From assembly GCA_019057475.1 (NCBI GenBank), contig DXJO01000038.1, positions 1 through 64,000 on the forward strand: a DNA stretch of 64,000 nucleotides, given 5' to 3'. Made by a program: the position numbers and the translations under genes. The DNA comes from Candidatus Thorarchaeota archaeon. GTDB taxonomy: Archaea; Asgardarchaeota; Thorarchaeia; Thorarchaeales; Thorarchaeaceae. A model generated the notes under the pieces. That model was not told the DNA's origin. It did not search any database and saw only the letters and a list, made by a program, of their open reading frames with translations. Below, piece by piece: positions 30,169-39,289 of the stretch; positions within the stretch are counted from its first letter, which is position 1, and the number at the start of each line of letters is the position of its first letter.

Positions 30169-31368
30169 ATGATTGACTTTTCGCTATCCAAGGAGCAACT
30201 CGAGCTGCAGAGAAGAGCGCGCGAGTTCGCACACCAGTACATGATTCCTTACGCCAAGTACTACGACAAGACCGGTGAGTTTCCGTTCCCGATTATGAAA
30301 CGATGTTGGGAGTCTGGGCTGATGAACCTTGGAATTCCAAAAGAGTATGGGGGACCTGGACTGGGAATCCTAGAGCAATGCATTGTCGTTGAGGAAATGG
30401 CCGCAGGTTGTCCGGGAATGACCACAAGCATCTATGTCAACAGTCTTGGCGCTGAACCAATTCTGGTTGCTGGAACTGACGAACAGAAGGAGAAGTACCT
30501 GAGGCCCCTCACAGAAGACTTGAAATTTGTCAGCTTTGCGTGCTCTGAACCGTATATGGGTAGCGATGTTGCGGGCATAAGGACTCGGGCAAAGAAAGAG
30601 GGTAATGGTTACGTACTGAACGGTTCGAAGTTCTGGATCACTAATGCACCATATGCTGACTATTTCACAGTCTTTGCGAGTCTGGATCCCAGCAAACGAC
30701 ACAAGGCTCTCTGCGCTTTCATAGTCGACGCCGATACACCTGGAGTGAGAACGGGGCCGCCTGTGGAAAAGATGGGACATCGCGCATCCACGACTTCCTC
30801 AGTCATATTCAAGGATGCCAAGGTACCAGCAGAGAATCTATTGGGATCAGAGGGAATGGGCTTCTCAATTGCCATGCAGACCTTCTCAATGACTAGGCCC
30901 GCGATTGCTGCTTTCTCCACTGGTCTTGCTAGAGCAGCAATGGAGTATGCTAGGGCGTATGTGGACAAGAGAGAGGTTTTCACGAAGAAACTGCGTAAAT
31001 TCGACGTAATCCAGTTCAAACTAGCCGAGATGTACATGAAAATCGAGGCATCTCGCGCATTGTACCTCAAGGCCGCGTGGACCGCGGATAAGGGTGAAAA
31101 TGCAACAGTGCCTGCTAGCGTGGCCAAGGCATATGCTACGGACGCTGCAATGGAGGTTGCAAGTGAAGCTCTGCAGATTCATGGTGGGTACGGCTACATA
31201 GACCAGTATCCCCTTGAGAAACTGTTTCGTGACGCGAAGCTCTATCAAATTTATGAGGGTACAAGCGAGATACAACGGCTCATTCTCGGCAGGCATGTGC
31301 TTGATGGCTACGTTCCTGCCATGGAAAAGATACCAAAATGGGGCAGTAAAAAAGCCCCCGATTTCTGA
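30169..31368 (+). CDS. acyl-CoA dehydrogenase
   Basis: SEPYMGSDV, LNGSKFWITN, QIHGGYGY, IYEGTSEIQR. Confidence 0.95.
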   Translation: MIDFSLSKEQLELQRRAREFAHQYMIPYAKYYDKTGEFPFPIMKRCWESGLMNLGIPKEYGGPGLGILEQCIVVEEMAAGCPGMTTSIYVNSLGAEPILVAGTDEQKEKYLRPLTEDLKFVSFACSEPYMGSDVAGIRTRAKKEGNGYVLNGSKFWITNAPYADYFTVFASLDPSKRHKALCAFIVDADTPGVRTGPPVEKMGHRASTTSSVIFKDAKVPAENLLGSEGMGFSIAMQTFSMTRPAIAAFSTGLARAAMEYARAYVDKREVFTKKLRKFDVIQFKLAEMYMKIEASRALYLKAAWTADKGENATVPASVAKAYATDAAMEVASEALQIHGGYGYIDQYPLEKLFRDAKLYQIYEGTSEIQRLILGRHVLDGYVPAMEKIPKWGSKKAPDF

Positions 31369-31512
31369 GCATCAGGGGGCGAGAATCCGCATTACCTGTT
31401 TTCAGCGCTAGGCCTGACTTTCCAGGGTATCTCATCGCAACTAAACTAGACAAGTCCGGATGAAACAGACTTATGATGCGAAGATATCGGTTCTCAAAGG
31501 GAGGAATGAACC

Positions 31513-31881
31513 ATGCTAGTTCGACGCCTTGAGAACCTCAAGGAAATCATTGCTATCGACGAAACAATCCTTCGTGAGATTATCAATCCCCTGCACGATG
31601 ATGGAAATCTGAAACTAGGCTACAGTATGGCCCATGCCATAGTCAAACCGGGTAATGCCGCACTATCTCATAGAATCAAGACATCCTCAGAGATATACTA
31701 CATTCTCAAAGGAAACGGACGCATGTATGTTGATGAGGAGTCTGAGGATGTGGGCCCCGGCGACACGATATACGTTCCCCCGAACGCAATACAATACATC
31801 GAGAACACAGGTGATACTAACCTGGTGTTCCTATGTATGGTGTATCCTTCGTGGCGGGCGGAGGATGAAGAGCTCGTTTAA
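31513..31881 (+). CDS. cupin domain protein
   Basis: H.IKTSSEIYYILKG, GDTIYVPP motifs. Confidence 0.88.
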   Translation: MLVRRLENLKEIIAIDETILREIINPLHDDGNLKLGYSMAHAIVKPGNAALSHRIKTSSEIYYILKGNGRMYVDEESEDVGPGDTIYVPPNAIQYIENTGDTNLVFLCMVYPSWRAEDEELV

Positions 31882-31988
31882 GCTCGCAATCGAAGTGCCT
31901 CTACTCCAAGCCTTCCAATTGAACCGAGCAGAACCCATAAAGCAGTGATTGACGCCAACAATATCTGAGGTGTGGGAGGTGACCTGGA

Positions 31989-33269
31989 CTGACAAGAACG
32001 GAGATCAAGAGTATTTGCATGTTAAGCACACACGGCTACGTTGATTTTGAACCTCAGCTAGGTAGAACGGACACTGGCGGGCAGGTCGTATACGTGCTCC
32101 AGCTGTCCAAGGCTCTTTCCAAACAGGGCATAATAGTCGACATCTACACTAGGTGGTTTGACAAATTAAAAGAAAGCGTTGAGCATGACCTCGGTGATAA
32201 CAATCTGAGGATAGTCCGAATACCTGCAGGACCCATGGAATTCGTACCAAAGGAAGAGATCTATGACATTCTGCCTGAGTTGGCTGACAATATGACCAAG
32301 TTCATCCGAAAGAATGAGTTGAACTACGACCTATTTCATGCGCACTACGTTGATGCGGGAGTAGTGGCGGTGATTGTGGCCAAGGCTCTTGACAAACCTG
32401 TCTTCTTTACCTCACACTCCCTTGGTGCTTGGAAACGCGAGCGGATGAAAGGACATTCTGAGGAAATGGAGAAGAAATACAGGTTCAACCAAAGGATTAG
32501 GGATGAACAGATGGTCTTCCGTGCAGTCAATGGACAGACCGCCACAACGAAGGCTCAGATACAGATCATGAAATTACTCTATGACTTCCAGTCCGAGAAC
32601 ACTGTGATTATCCCTCCCGGCGTTGATATTGAAGCATTCCATCCAGAAGAAGCATCAGGCGATTCGGAGTTGCCAGCGAACTATATCTTCTGTCTCAGCA
32701 GAATCGATGAGAATAAGGGACACGAGGTCCTCCTCAATGCCTTCGACCTTGTGCGGCGGAAAGTGTCGGGTATTCACCTGGTGATAGGTGGAGGGTCTCC
32801 ATCCCCCAAACCTAGAGAAGTGAAGCTTCTCAAAAAGATTCAGAGAATAATCGAGGAGCACGGCATGGGTGACCTAGTCCATGTCATAGGATATGTCCCA
32901 GACGAGAAAATGCGTGCTCTCTATAAGCGAGCAAGGTTGTTCGTGCTCCCTTCAACTTTCGAGCCATTTGGCATGACCGCCTTGGAAGGCATGGCCTGCA
33001 GAACGCCAACTGTGGTATCCAAGTTCGCAGGAATATCCGAGTTCCTACATGACCACAGGGACTGCATTATCACAGATCCTACGAGCCAAGAGGAGTTCTC
33101 AATTGCCATTGTTGAGTTGCTGGAGAACAGGGAACTTGCAGAGAGAATCGGCCGGGCGGGACTGGCCCTAGTCCGCGATAGATTCAGTTGGGAGGCCATC
33201 GCTGAGAAGCACATGGAGTTCTACAGAGATTTCATGAACAGACCACCAGATGCCAAGTCGGAATCATGA
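31989..33269 (+). CDS. GT4 glycosyltransferase, sucrose-/mannosylfructose-phosphate synthase-like; probable CTG start
   Basis: STHGY...LGRTDTGGQVVYVL, HAHYVDAG, FTSHSLG, EPFGMTALE; CTG 31989 follows GGAGGTGA. Confidence 0.85.
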   Translation: MTRTEIKSICMLSTHGYVDFEPQLGRTDTGGQVVYVLQLSKALSKQGIIVDIYTRWFDKLKESVEHDLGDNNLRIVRIPAGPMEFVPKEEIYDILPELADNMTKFIRKNELNYDLFHAHYVDAGVVAVIVAKALDKPVFFTSHSLGAWKRERMKGHSEEMEKKYRFNQRIRDEQMVFRAVNGQTATTKAQIQIMKLLYDFQSENTVIIPPGVDIEAFHPEEASGDSELPANYIFCLSRIDENKGHEVLLNAFDLVRRKVSGIHLVIGGGSPSPKPREVKLLKKIQRIIEEHGMGDLVHVIGYVPDEKMRALYKRARLFVLPSTFEPFGMTALEGMACRTPTVVSKFAGISEFLHDHRDCIITDPTSQEEFSIAIVELLENRELAERIGRAGLALVRDRFSWEAIAEKHMEFYRDFMNRPPDAKSES

Positions 33270-33351
33270 AATAGAACTGAGAGTTCTTCACCTCACAATT
33301 GCTTGGTGTCCTTAGTGACAAGGAAGAAACTCGAAACCCAAAAAACAAGAA

Positions 33352-33582
33352 AGCCGCCCGAGTCTAAGCCCCGACAGGTGTTCGATGATTTCTCGTTCGG
33401 CGCTGCTGTCTTAGTCGCGTCGTTTTACACTCATCGTAAGCGGTTCGTCGCTCAGCTTTGCCTCTCGCCAATCAGCCCTTCATGCTGTCTTAGTCGCTTT
33501 GCCATCTTTCGATTGGGTTTCTGGCTTCGCTCAGCATGACCAGACTCAGCACGTCTGTCGTTAGCGTACTCCTCGGACGGCT
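33352..33582 (-). ncRNA. candidate ~230-nt structured non-coding RNA of unknown family
   Basis: 11-bp terminal helix, two repeated internal modules 79 nt apart, TATA-like TTTATCTT ~24 nt upstream, U-rich tract directly downstream. Confidence 0.65.
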
Positions 33583-33718
33583 ATCTAACTATTTAGACGC
33601 AAATAAAGATAAACTTTGTGAATGACACTGGAGCAGGATTGCTGAAAGCAATCAGGTTCATCTATGCATTGCTCTGTCCTGCAAATGGCAAGGCAATCAC
33701 GATAAGGAAGAGGGCAGC

Positions 33719-34462
33719 CTATGCTTCGAATAGGCCATTTGCTTTCAGGATCATGGCAAGGTAACGATGAGGTGGAACCTGTACGACACGCCCCAAATCA
33801 ACATTCAAGATGTAGATGGAGTCAAGTGCAGTCTGAGCAAGCAAGTCCATTGCGATTGATGGCGACGAGTAATAGGTATCACAGAGAGCCTTCAGTTGCT
33901 GCAGTTCTTTCTTTTTGCGATCCTCTGGAAAACGGAGAAGGATTTCAGGTACTTGTAGAACATGGTAACCGGGTGTGGCTAGGGCGAATCTTTGGCTATG
34001 ACCACTATACCGGGCTATCTTTGCAGCAATCCGTGCCTGTCTATAGCGTATGGGTGCGAGAGCAGCCTCTGGCGGTACGAATCCGGTTTCCACTTCTACC
34101 ACTAGTGTTTTCCTAGGCCCTGGCGTAGTATTGTCCCTTCTGTATGGCTTCTGGTCGCTACGACTAGGTGAGTCTGTCGAAAATGCTGATTCTTCTGAGC
34201 GAGAGCTCACAGCATATATGTCGGCAACTAGGGCGCCACCATCAAGCGGATGTTCCACAACTACTCGGTACCCATGCTCAATTAGATGCCAGGCACAAAG
34301 AACCTCCATTACACTGTGGTTGATCTTCACGAGGCGTCGCTTGTGAAGGCTCACCAGCCTATTCCGGACTTCAACCAGCTGCTGCATCACTTTTGGATTT
34401 GGCCTAGGCTTGATTTGCATAAGCAGACGGTCCAAATCTCGGGAGAACTTGTCTTTCGCCAC
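33719..34462 (-). CDS. conserved archaeal hypothetical protein with PD-(D/E)xK-like pattern
   Basis: INHSVME, VEH.L...VADIYA, VEVETGF.PP..AL, KIARYS. Confidence 0.7.
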   Translation of the reverse strand: MAKDKFSRDLDRLLMQIKPRPNPKVMQQLVEVRNRLVSLHKRRLVKINHSVMEVLCAWHLIEHGYRVVVEHPLDGGALVADIYAVSSRSEESAFSTDSPSRSDQKPYRRDNTTPGPRKTLVVEVETGFVPPEAALAPIRYRQARIAAKIARYSGHSQRFALATPGYHVLQVPEILLRFPEDRKKKELQQLKALCDTYYSSPSIAMDLLAQTALDSIYILNVDLGRVVQVPPHRYLAMILKANGLFEA

Positions 34463-34564
34463 GATGTCACCAACTCAGTTCTTACTGTGCTGTGGACTCT
34501 CGTGCCTTTTGATATGAAGTCCCTAAGAGCCTACCGCTGTTCTGGTTGGAGTTTCATAGGAAGG

Positions 34565-34843
34565 AGGGGAGGCTTACCCCGAAAGCCCGGAGGAATGCTC
34601 GTCATTCTAAACGGAAATCCTCACGGCCCCAGAGCTTGTCAGGCTCGAAAGGGTCATCCGTGGCTGAGTACTGTGAACAGGCGACTCTCGAGTCGTTTGA
34701 GAGTGCTACCGATCCCGCCATGGCAAAAACCGCGGAAACACCGTCTGCCGCCATCGACGCTCTAAAGGCCTCTGACAGTCATGGCAAAGCAGTGCAGCGG
34801 ACTGAAGCTCAGTCTGGAAAGAGGGATAATGTTCCTGTGAAGT
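34565..34843 (+). repeat. orphan copy of the tnpB 3' region (direct repeat of 47876-48155)
   Basis: ~280 bp, about 90% identical by eye, same orientation; the 34546-34875 ORF reproduces the TnpB C-terminal tail. Confidence 0.92.
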
Positions 34844-34885
34844 TAGGGTACTATCCTCTTTGCTGGGAACATTGATGTGTGCACA

Positions 34886-35209
34886 TCAGCTATTTGGACT
34901 CTCCTGAGGGGTAATTCTGTAGTAAAACACATTCTTGCCCAAGGTGAACTTAGCAATCAGTCCCTTGTTTTTGAGTCTAGTTAGGGTTCTTCGTATCTGA
35001 TTTGCCGGCTTCCCGACTAGGTTGGATATTTCACGTATGGTATGAGTCGCATCACAAAGAAGATAGACTATCTTCTGTTCTCCCGTCAAGGCATATCTCT
35101 CAGGCTGTGCAGGTGAAATATGCATCTGCAGTAGTGCTGACAGTAGACCCGATATCCTATCTAATATAACCAGCAGCTTATTCTCAAACTCATTGTTTCT
35201 CGATGTCAA
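34886..35209 (-). CDS. small wHTH (MarR/TrmB-like) protein
   Basis: TIREISNLVGKPANQIRRTLTRLKNKGLI. Confidence 0.75.
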   Translation of the reverse strand: MTSRNNEFENKLLVILDRISGLLSALLQMHISPAQPERYALTGEQKIVYLLCDATHTIREISNLVGKPANQIRRTLTRLKNKGLIAKFTLGKNVFYYRITPQESPNS

Positions 35210-35437
35210 CTTGCTACTTCTCCATAACTCTTAGATCCGTTGATGGCATCTTGAGTGGAATCTAACTGAAACGCCAAGATATGACACCAATAAGGGATAT
35301 TTATGCTTCCTTTGTTAGTCAGAACTAGGCCAATCGTTGTCTGTGTAATTAAGAAATTACTTGGCAGGCACAAACCAGCCGCCATACGATCATTTCAATT
35401 GACTGATTTACAATGCCTCTTAGAGATATGAACATCA

Positions 35438-36268
35438 TCATTTCTTCTTCTTGACGAGCCGGCCCTTCTCGTCCATTACTCCTTTTATGATTCCTATGAT
35501 TCGAAGCAGCATAATCACAGCTGCGTTTGCATTTTTCCTAATCGAAATCATCTTCTTCTTAGTGACGAAATCTACGACGCTATGCGCTGACTCATTTCCT
35601 TTCCTTCGAAGGCCCTTGATAGAAGCCAGATGGTTTTTCGTGAAACCATACTTCACATAGTCACCAGATATCTGCTCGAAGTTTAGAACTAAGGATTTTA
35701 GGGGGAGAAAACGGTTCGTACCATCATCAAAATACATCTTATGTTGATTCGTCGGTTCATACTTAAAGCGTAGAATATCAATTACTAGATTCTCCACCAG
35801 CTTTCTCAGCATGACACGTGCAGAGGAAAATGCTTCGTACTCAAAGCAGGTGTTAATCTCATCGATTAGCAAACTGTATACCTTGTCAACTCTATACACG
35901 TTTTCAATGTCTATGAAGTCAGGTTGCGAAGGCATCTTCCGGCTAGGTACACTAGTTTCCGCTTTTTCTCCGGGCAAATACATTTGTCCGGGAACTACCA
36001 TTGGGATTTCTTGGGCTAGATCCTTGAACTTCTGTGCAGAACGTTTCCTCATCACGAAGACCATAGTTTCTTTCTTGCATAATGGACATTCGACTCTGCA
36101 AATTCCTTTCTGTATATCCTCACCTGACCGACCTATTTTCATCTGGAATTTGCTGTACTCTTCCGGTTTGAAGTAGAATGCATACCACCCATGCTTGTCA
36201 AAAGCCAGTCGGAGATTCCTACCACAGTCTTCAGTTTGACAGACGATAGGAATGACTACTCCGCTCAT
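35438..36268 (-). CDS. Zn-finger + HEPN/DUF4145-like protein
   Basis: N-terminal CxxxxC and CPLC; EINTCF...MLRKLVENL...LRRKGNESAH. Confidence 0.7.
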   Translation of the reverse strand: MSGVVIPIVCQTEDCGRNLRLAFDKHGWYAFYFKPEEYSKFQMKIGRSGEDIQKGICRVECPLCKKETMVFVMRKRSAQKFKDLAQEIPMVVPGQMYLPGEKAETSVPSRKMPSQPDFIDIENVYRVDKVYSLLIDEINTCFEYEAFSSARVMLRKLVENLVIDILRFKYEPTNQHKMYFDDGTNRFLPLKSLVLNFEQISGDYVKYGFTKNHLASIKGLRRKGNESAHSVVDFVTKKKMISIRKNANAAVIMLLRIIGIIKGVMDEKGRLVKKKK

Positions 36269-36322
36269 GCAATATCACCACAGACAGACAACATCAGCTC
36301 GAATACAACTGCTCGTGTCCAT

Positions 36323-36755
36323 CTACACTGCGGAGTCCATCTTCTTTTCACACTTAAAAATGACTTCTCCTGCCATTTGAAGTGCCCAACAAATCCTATC
36401 AGGCCTGATCGCGTAGTTGTCACCTTCTTTCTCGAATCCGTCAGCGAGGCCTTCCTGTTTACTTGAAAGATATGTCGCAAGAGAGTCAGGATTAATCATC
36501 AATACATTCTGCAACTCATCTTTCGACATCCCTTGAGGATACTGTAACATCAATGCGCATACAATCTTCTGCTTTGCAGTAGCAGTTCCCTCGGGGAACG
36601 AGATTGCAGTCGCATATTGGTCCGATGCCAACATATGTCGCAACCTTGAGCTTAGTTAATCCAATCTCAATTTCTATCAATGCATCCGACCAATTTTCAA
36701 ATTCGCCGACTTGCAGTTCGTAGTTATTATAGAATGCTGAGAACGTCCGCTTCAT
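36323..36755 (-). pseudogene. frameshifted paralogue of 37808-38302 (wHTH family)
   Basis: ORF 36516-36755 (LQVG..NWSDA) matches the N half and ORF 36323-36643 the C half of the 37808 protein; frame change near 36620-36645. Confidence 0.65.
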
Positions 36756-37007
36756 TTTGACAGTACCTCCTACATCAGTGCACTACCCCATTTCCTCCAT
36801 TTTAATCTGGCGTATCGTGATGACTACATCATTAACTTGGGAATCCTTCGAGCAAGAAACATCATAGTGAATTGTGAAACGGTGGAGTCGCTTAACATAA
36901 TTACTACTCATGCAAAGATTAGTTGTTATAAACCCGGTCCACTAATGATGGGCGATAATCAAATATCGGTCTTCTTCATTTAATTAGCCTGACTCTGATA
37001 ATATAAC

Positions 37008-37562
37008 TTGGGTTCTCCTGCGAAGGTGATTAAGCGTATGGAAGAGATTGAAACTAAGGGGGTTATGCTGGAAAGAACTGTACGAAACACGATCGTGCGC
37101 ATCACTGCAAAGAACGGCGAATCTCTTGATGAAGCATACAATAGGCTCGCCGAAATATGCCAGAGTATTGAGGATACTGAAGCAGCCAAAGAGCGCGAGA
37201 AGTGGACTGAGGATATGCACCCAGAGGTGGAAGAAGCCACATCAAAAGTAGAGGCTCTCCTTGGTTTGGATGCCAATGAGAGAAGAGGAGTAAGCCTAAC
37301 AGATGAGTATCACATGGTTATACTGTCACTGCTAATGCATTTTGACGAGTGCAAGGGTTCCGTTTCCATCGCCAAGGAATGGAATATTAACAGCGGCAGA
37401 GTTTCACGAGTCTTCACAGCGTCGCGCAAGAAGCATGAGAAGTACAAGGGGCATTTCGAGAAATGCAAGATGGGAGGTTACCGTTTCACTAGAGAAGGCC
37501 TAAATCACGCATTGGAATATGGGGTGTCCGCGATATTGGGCGAAGAGAGTGATGTCGGCTAG
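37008..37562 (+). CDS. island wHTH-family paralogue
   Basis: LDEAYNRLAEI N-domain; VILSLL...WNINSGRVSR...FEKCKMGGYRFTREGL. Confidence 0.75.
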   Translation: MGSPAKVIKRMEEIETKGVMLERTVRNTIVRITAKNGESLDEAYNRLAEICQSIEDTEAAKEREKWTEDMHPEVEEATSKVEALLGLDANERRGVSLTDEYHMVILSLLMHFDECKGSVSIAKEWNINSGRVSRVFTASRKKHEKYKGHFEKCKMGGYRFTREGLNHALEYGVSAILGEESDVG

Positions 37563-37807
37563 CAAGCTCTAGTTTCGTGAGTAGGTCATTTCCCGATTAG
37601 ATGTCGGAAGCAAATAGTTCGCGTTTCTTCATACCTAAATTGGAGTGTTAAGCATTCAATCTGGTTTCAGAGTCATGCTGCCTAGGATCCCCCATTGACA
37701 TCTCCTCTCATTCGATACCAACAAAGCTAATGCTGATGATTTGATGAAAAAGATTTAGTATAGGTTCGGTACTCTCAGCCAACGCGCAAGCAAAGGACCA
37801 TGGTAGT

Positions 37808-38302
37808 ATGACAAAGGAAGAGGAATCTATAGATGACAGTGGGGACTGGGTAGAGCTGCAGATCAAGCATGGCAATACCATACTGTCAGTGGGTGGACAC
37901 AACTGGTCTGACGCCATAGCAAAGGCAGCTCTTGGAAAGATGAAATGCAGAATTGCTGCAGTTGCAGGTTACGCAACAGAGTACAGTTCGGAGCTGAAAC
38001 AGTGGGTCATTGTGTTTGGAGAACCCATAGGCCAAATCAAGAGTCGAATTGCACTAGCGTTGCTGTTAGCTTTTCCAGAAAGGCTCTCAAGGGAGGAGTT
38101 GGTGAAGATGGTCGACATCAAGCCAAATCGGATTAGGGAGTATCTTACCAACACGAAAAAAGGCGTCAAACCCCACGTAGACGAAAACAAGAAGTCCGGC
38201 ATTATTCTGAATACCAAGGGCTACTCATGGGCGGTTGGGATTCTGGAATCAATTGAAGAAGCTAGATCCCACGAATCGAAAGGTGATGATATTGAGCAGT
38301 GA
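37808..38302 (+). CDS. island wHTH-family paralogue (variant N-domain)
   Basis: RIALALLLAFPERLSREEL...IREYLT...LNTKGYSWA. Confidence 0.75.
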   Translation: MTKEEESIDDSGDWVELQIKHGNTILSVGGHNWSDAIAKAALGKMKCRIAAVAGYATEYSSELKQWVIVFGEPIGQIKSRIALALLLAFPERLSREELVKMVDIKPNRIREYLTNTKKGVKPHVDENKKSGIILNTKGYSWAVGILESIEEARSHESKGDDIEQ

Positions 38303-38765
38303 TCAGACAGATTTGAAGATTCGATTGAGTAGAACGATGAATAACATCCAGATTGAAGTCTGGCTAAGCAGCGAAGATGAGTTCAGAGAAGGCTATGCGC
38401 TTCTCAGACGACTCTGCGAAAGGGCAGAATTTGAGGAACTCAGACTAGACCTGGGTCAATTTAGAGTCAGAGATGATGAAGGACACAGAATAGCTGAGCA
38501 AGTTACTGAGGGTACGCACAGAGTAGCTCTATCACTCCTTGATAGTTGGCCAGATTCCAAGAGAGTCACCGACATTCAAGTTGAAACCGGACTATCACAG
38601 GGACACGTTTCGAATATACTCGAGGGCCGTCGAGGCGACGTGGGACACTGGTTCGAGAAGGAGAGAGATCTCTGGAAGCTATCACCCATTGGAGTGAGAG
38701 CCATTGTCGAAGAGGTCGTTCCAGCCCTGTTTGAGCAACAACGTTCTGGAGGGGGAACTCAATGA
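38286..38765 (+). CDS. island wHTH-family paralogue
   Basis: HRVALSLLDSWP...ETGLSQGHVSNIL...WFEK..WKLSPIG; start likely 38286 or 38292. Confidence 0.75.
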   Translation: MILSSDQTDLKIRLSRTMNNIQIEVWLSSEDEFREGYALLRRLCERAEFEELRLDLGQFRVRDDEGHRIAEQVTEGTHRVALSLLDSWPDSKRVTDIQVETGLSQGHVSNILEGRRGDVGHWFEKERDLWKLSPIGVRAIVEEVVPALFEQQRSGGGTQ

Positions 38766-39286
38766 ACGCCAACGAAGAACAGGAGTTGACAGTCGAGATT
38801 GAGAAGTCTAGGAGCGGCACGAAGATTCGAGTTGTGGGAATATCCGCAAGTACGGACGAAGCGCAATTCGATCAAGCATACAAACTAGCGGATGAACTTT
38901 ATAGGAGAATCGAAACACTCGACCTTGAAATTGAATCGGAAAACAAAATCCAACAGGCCAAGAATCAAGTTTCTCATCTTTGGGTTCAAGAGGAAAACAA
39001 ATGGAAACTCTCCGCTTCTGTTACGGAGGCATCACACCGAATCGCACTGTCACTCCTTAGAAGCTATCCGAAGTGCATAACTCAAGCAGATGTAATCAGA
39101 GAAACAAACATAGCTCAGAAGACTGTCAGCAATCATCTAGGAGGACGAAAAAAGGAGGTTCGCATATATTTCTCGAAATGTGATGGCGGTTATCAACTAA
39201 GCCAAGATGGACTCAATTGGACCATCACGAAGGTCATTCCCAAGGCCATTGGCCAAGAGATGCCGAATGAAAGGAAAGAGGAATAG
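38762..39286 (+). CDS. island wHTH-family paralogue
   Basis: FDQAYKLADEL; HRIALSLLRSYP...ETNIAQKTVSNHL...YFSKCDGGYQLSQDGL. Confidence 0.78.
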   Translation: MNANEEQELTVEIEKSRSGTKIRVVGISASTDEAQFDQAYKLADELYRRIETLDLEIESENKIQQAKNQVSHLWVQEENKWKLSASVTEASHRIALSLLRSYPKCITQADVIRETNIAQKTVSNHLGGRKKEVRIYFSKCDGGYQLSQDGLNWTITKVIPKAIGQEMPNERKEE

Positions 39287-39289
39287 TTA

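Noticed and set aside
33303-33539. 78-aa ORF
   Set aside because: Antisense shadow of the structured repeat region with no protein-like features
33352-33582. SRP RNA or RNase P RNA identity for the structured RNA
   Set aside because: No SRP helix-8 (CAGG...GGAA...AGCA) or RNase P P4 (GAGGAAxxUC) signature, and shorter than expected
34546-34875. 109-aa ORF as an independent gene
   Set aside because: It is only the reading frame of the duplicated tnpB tail
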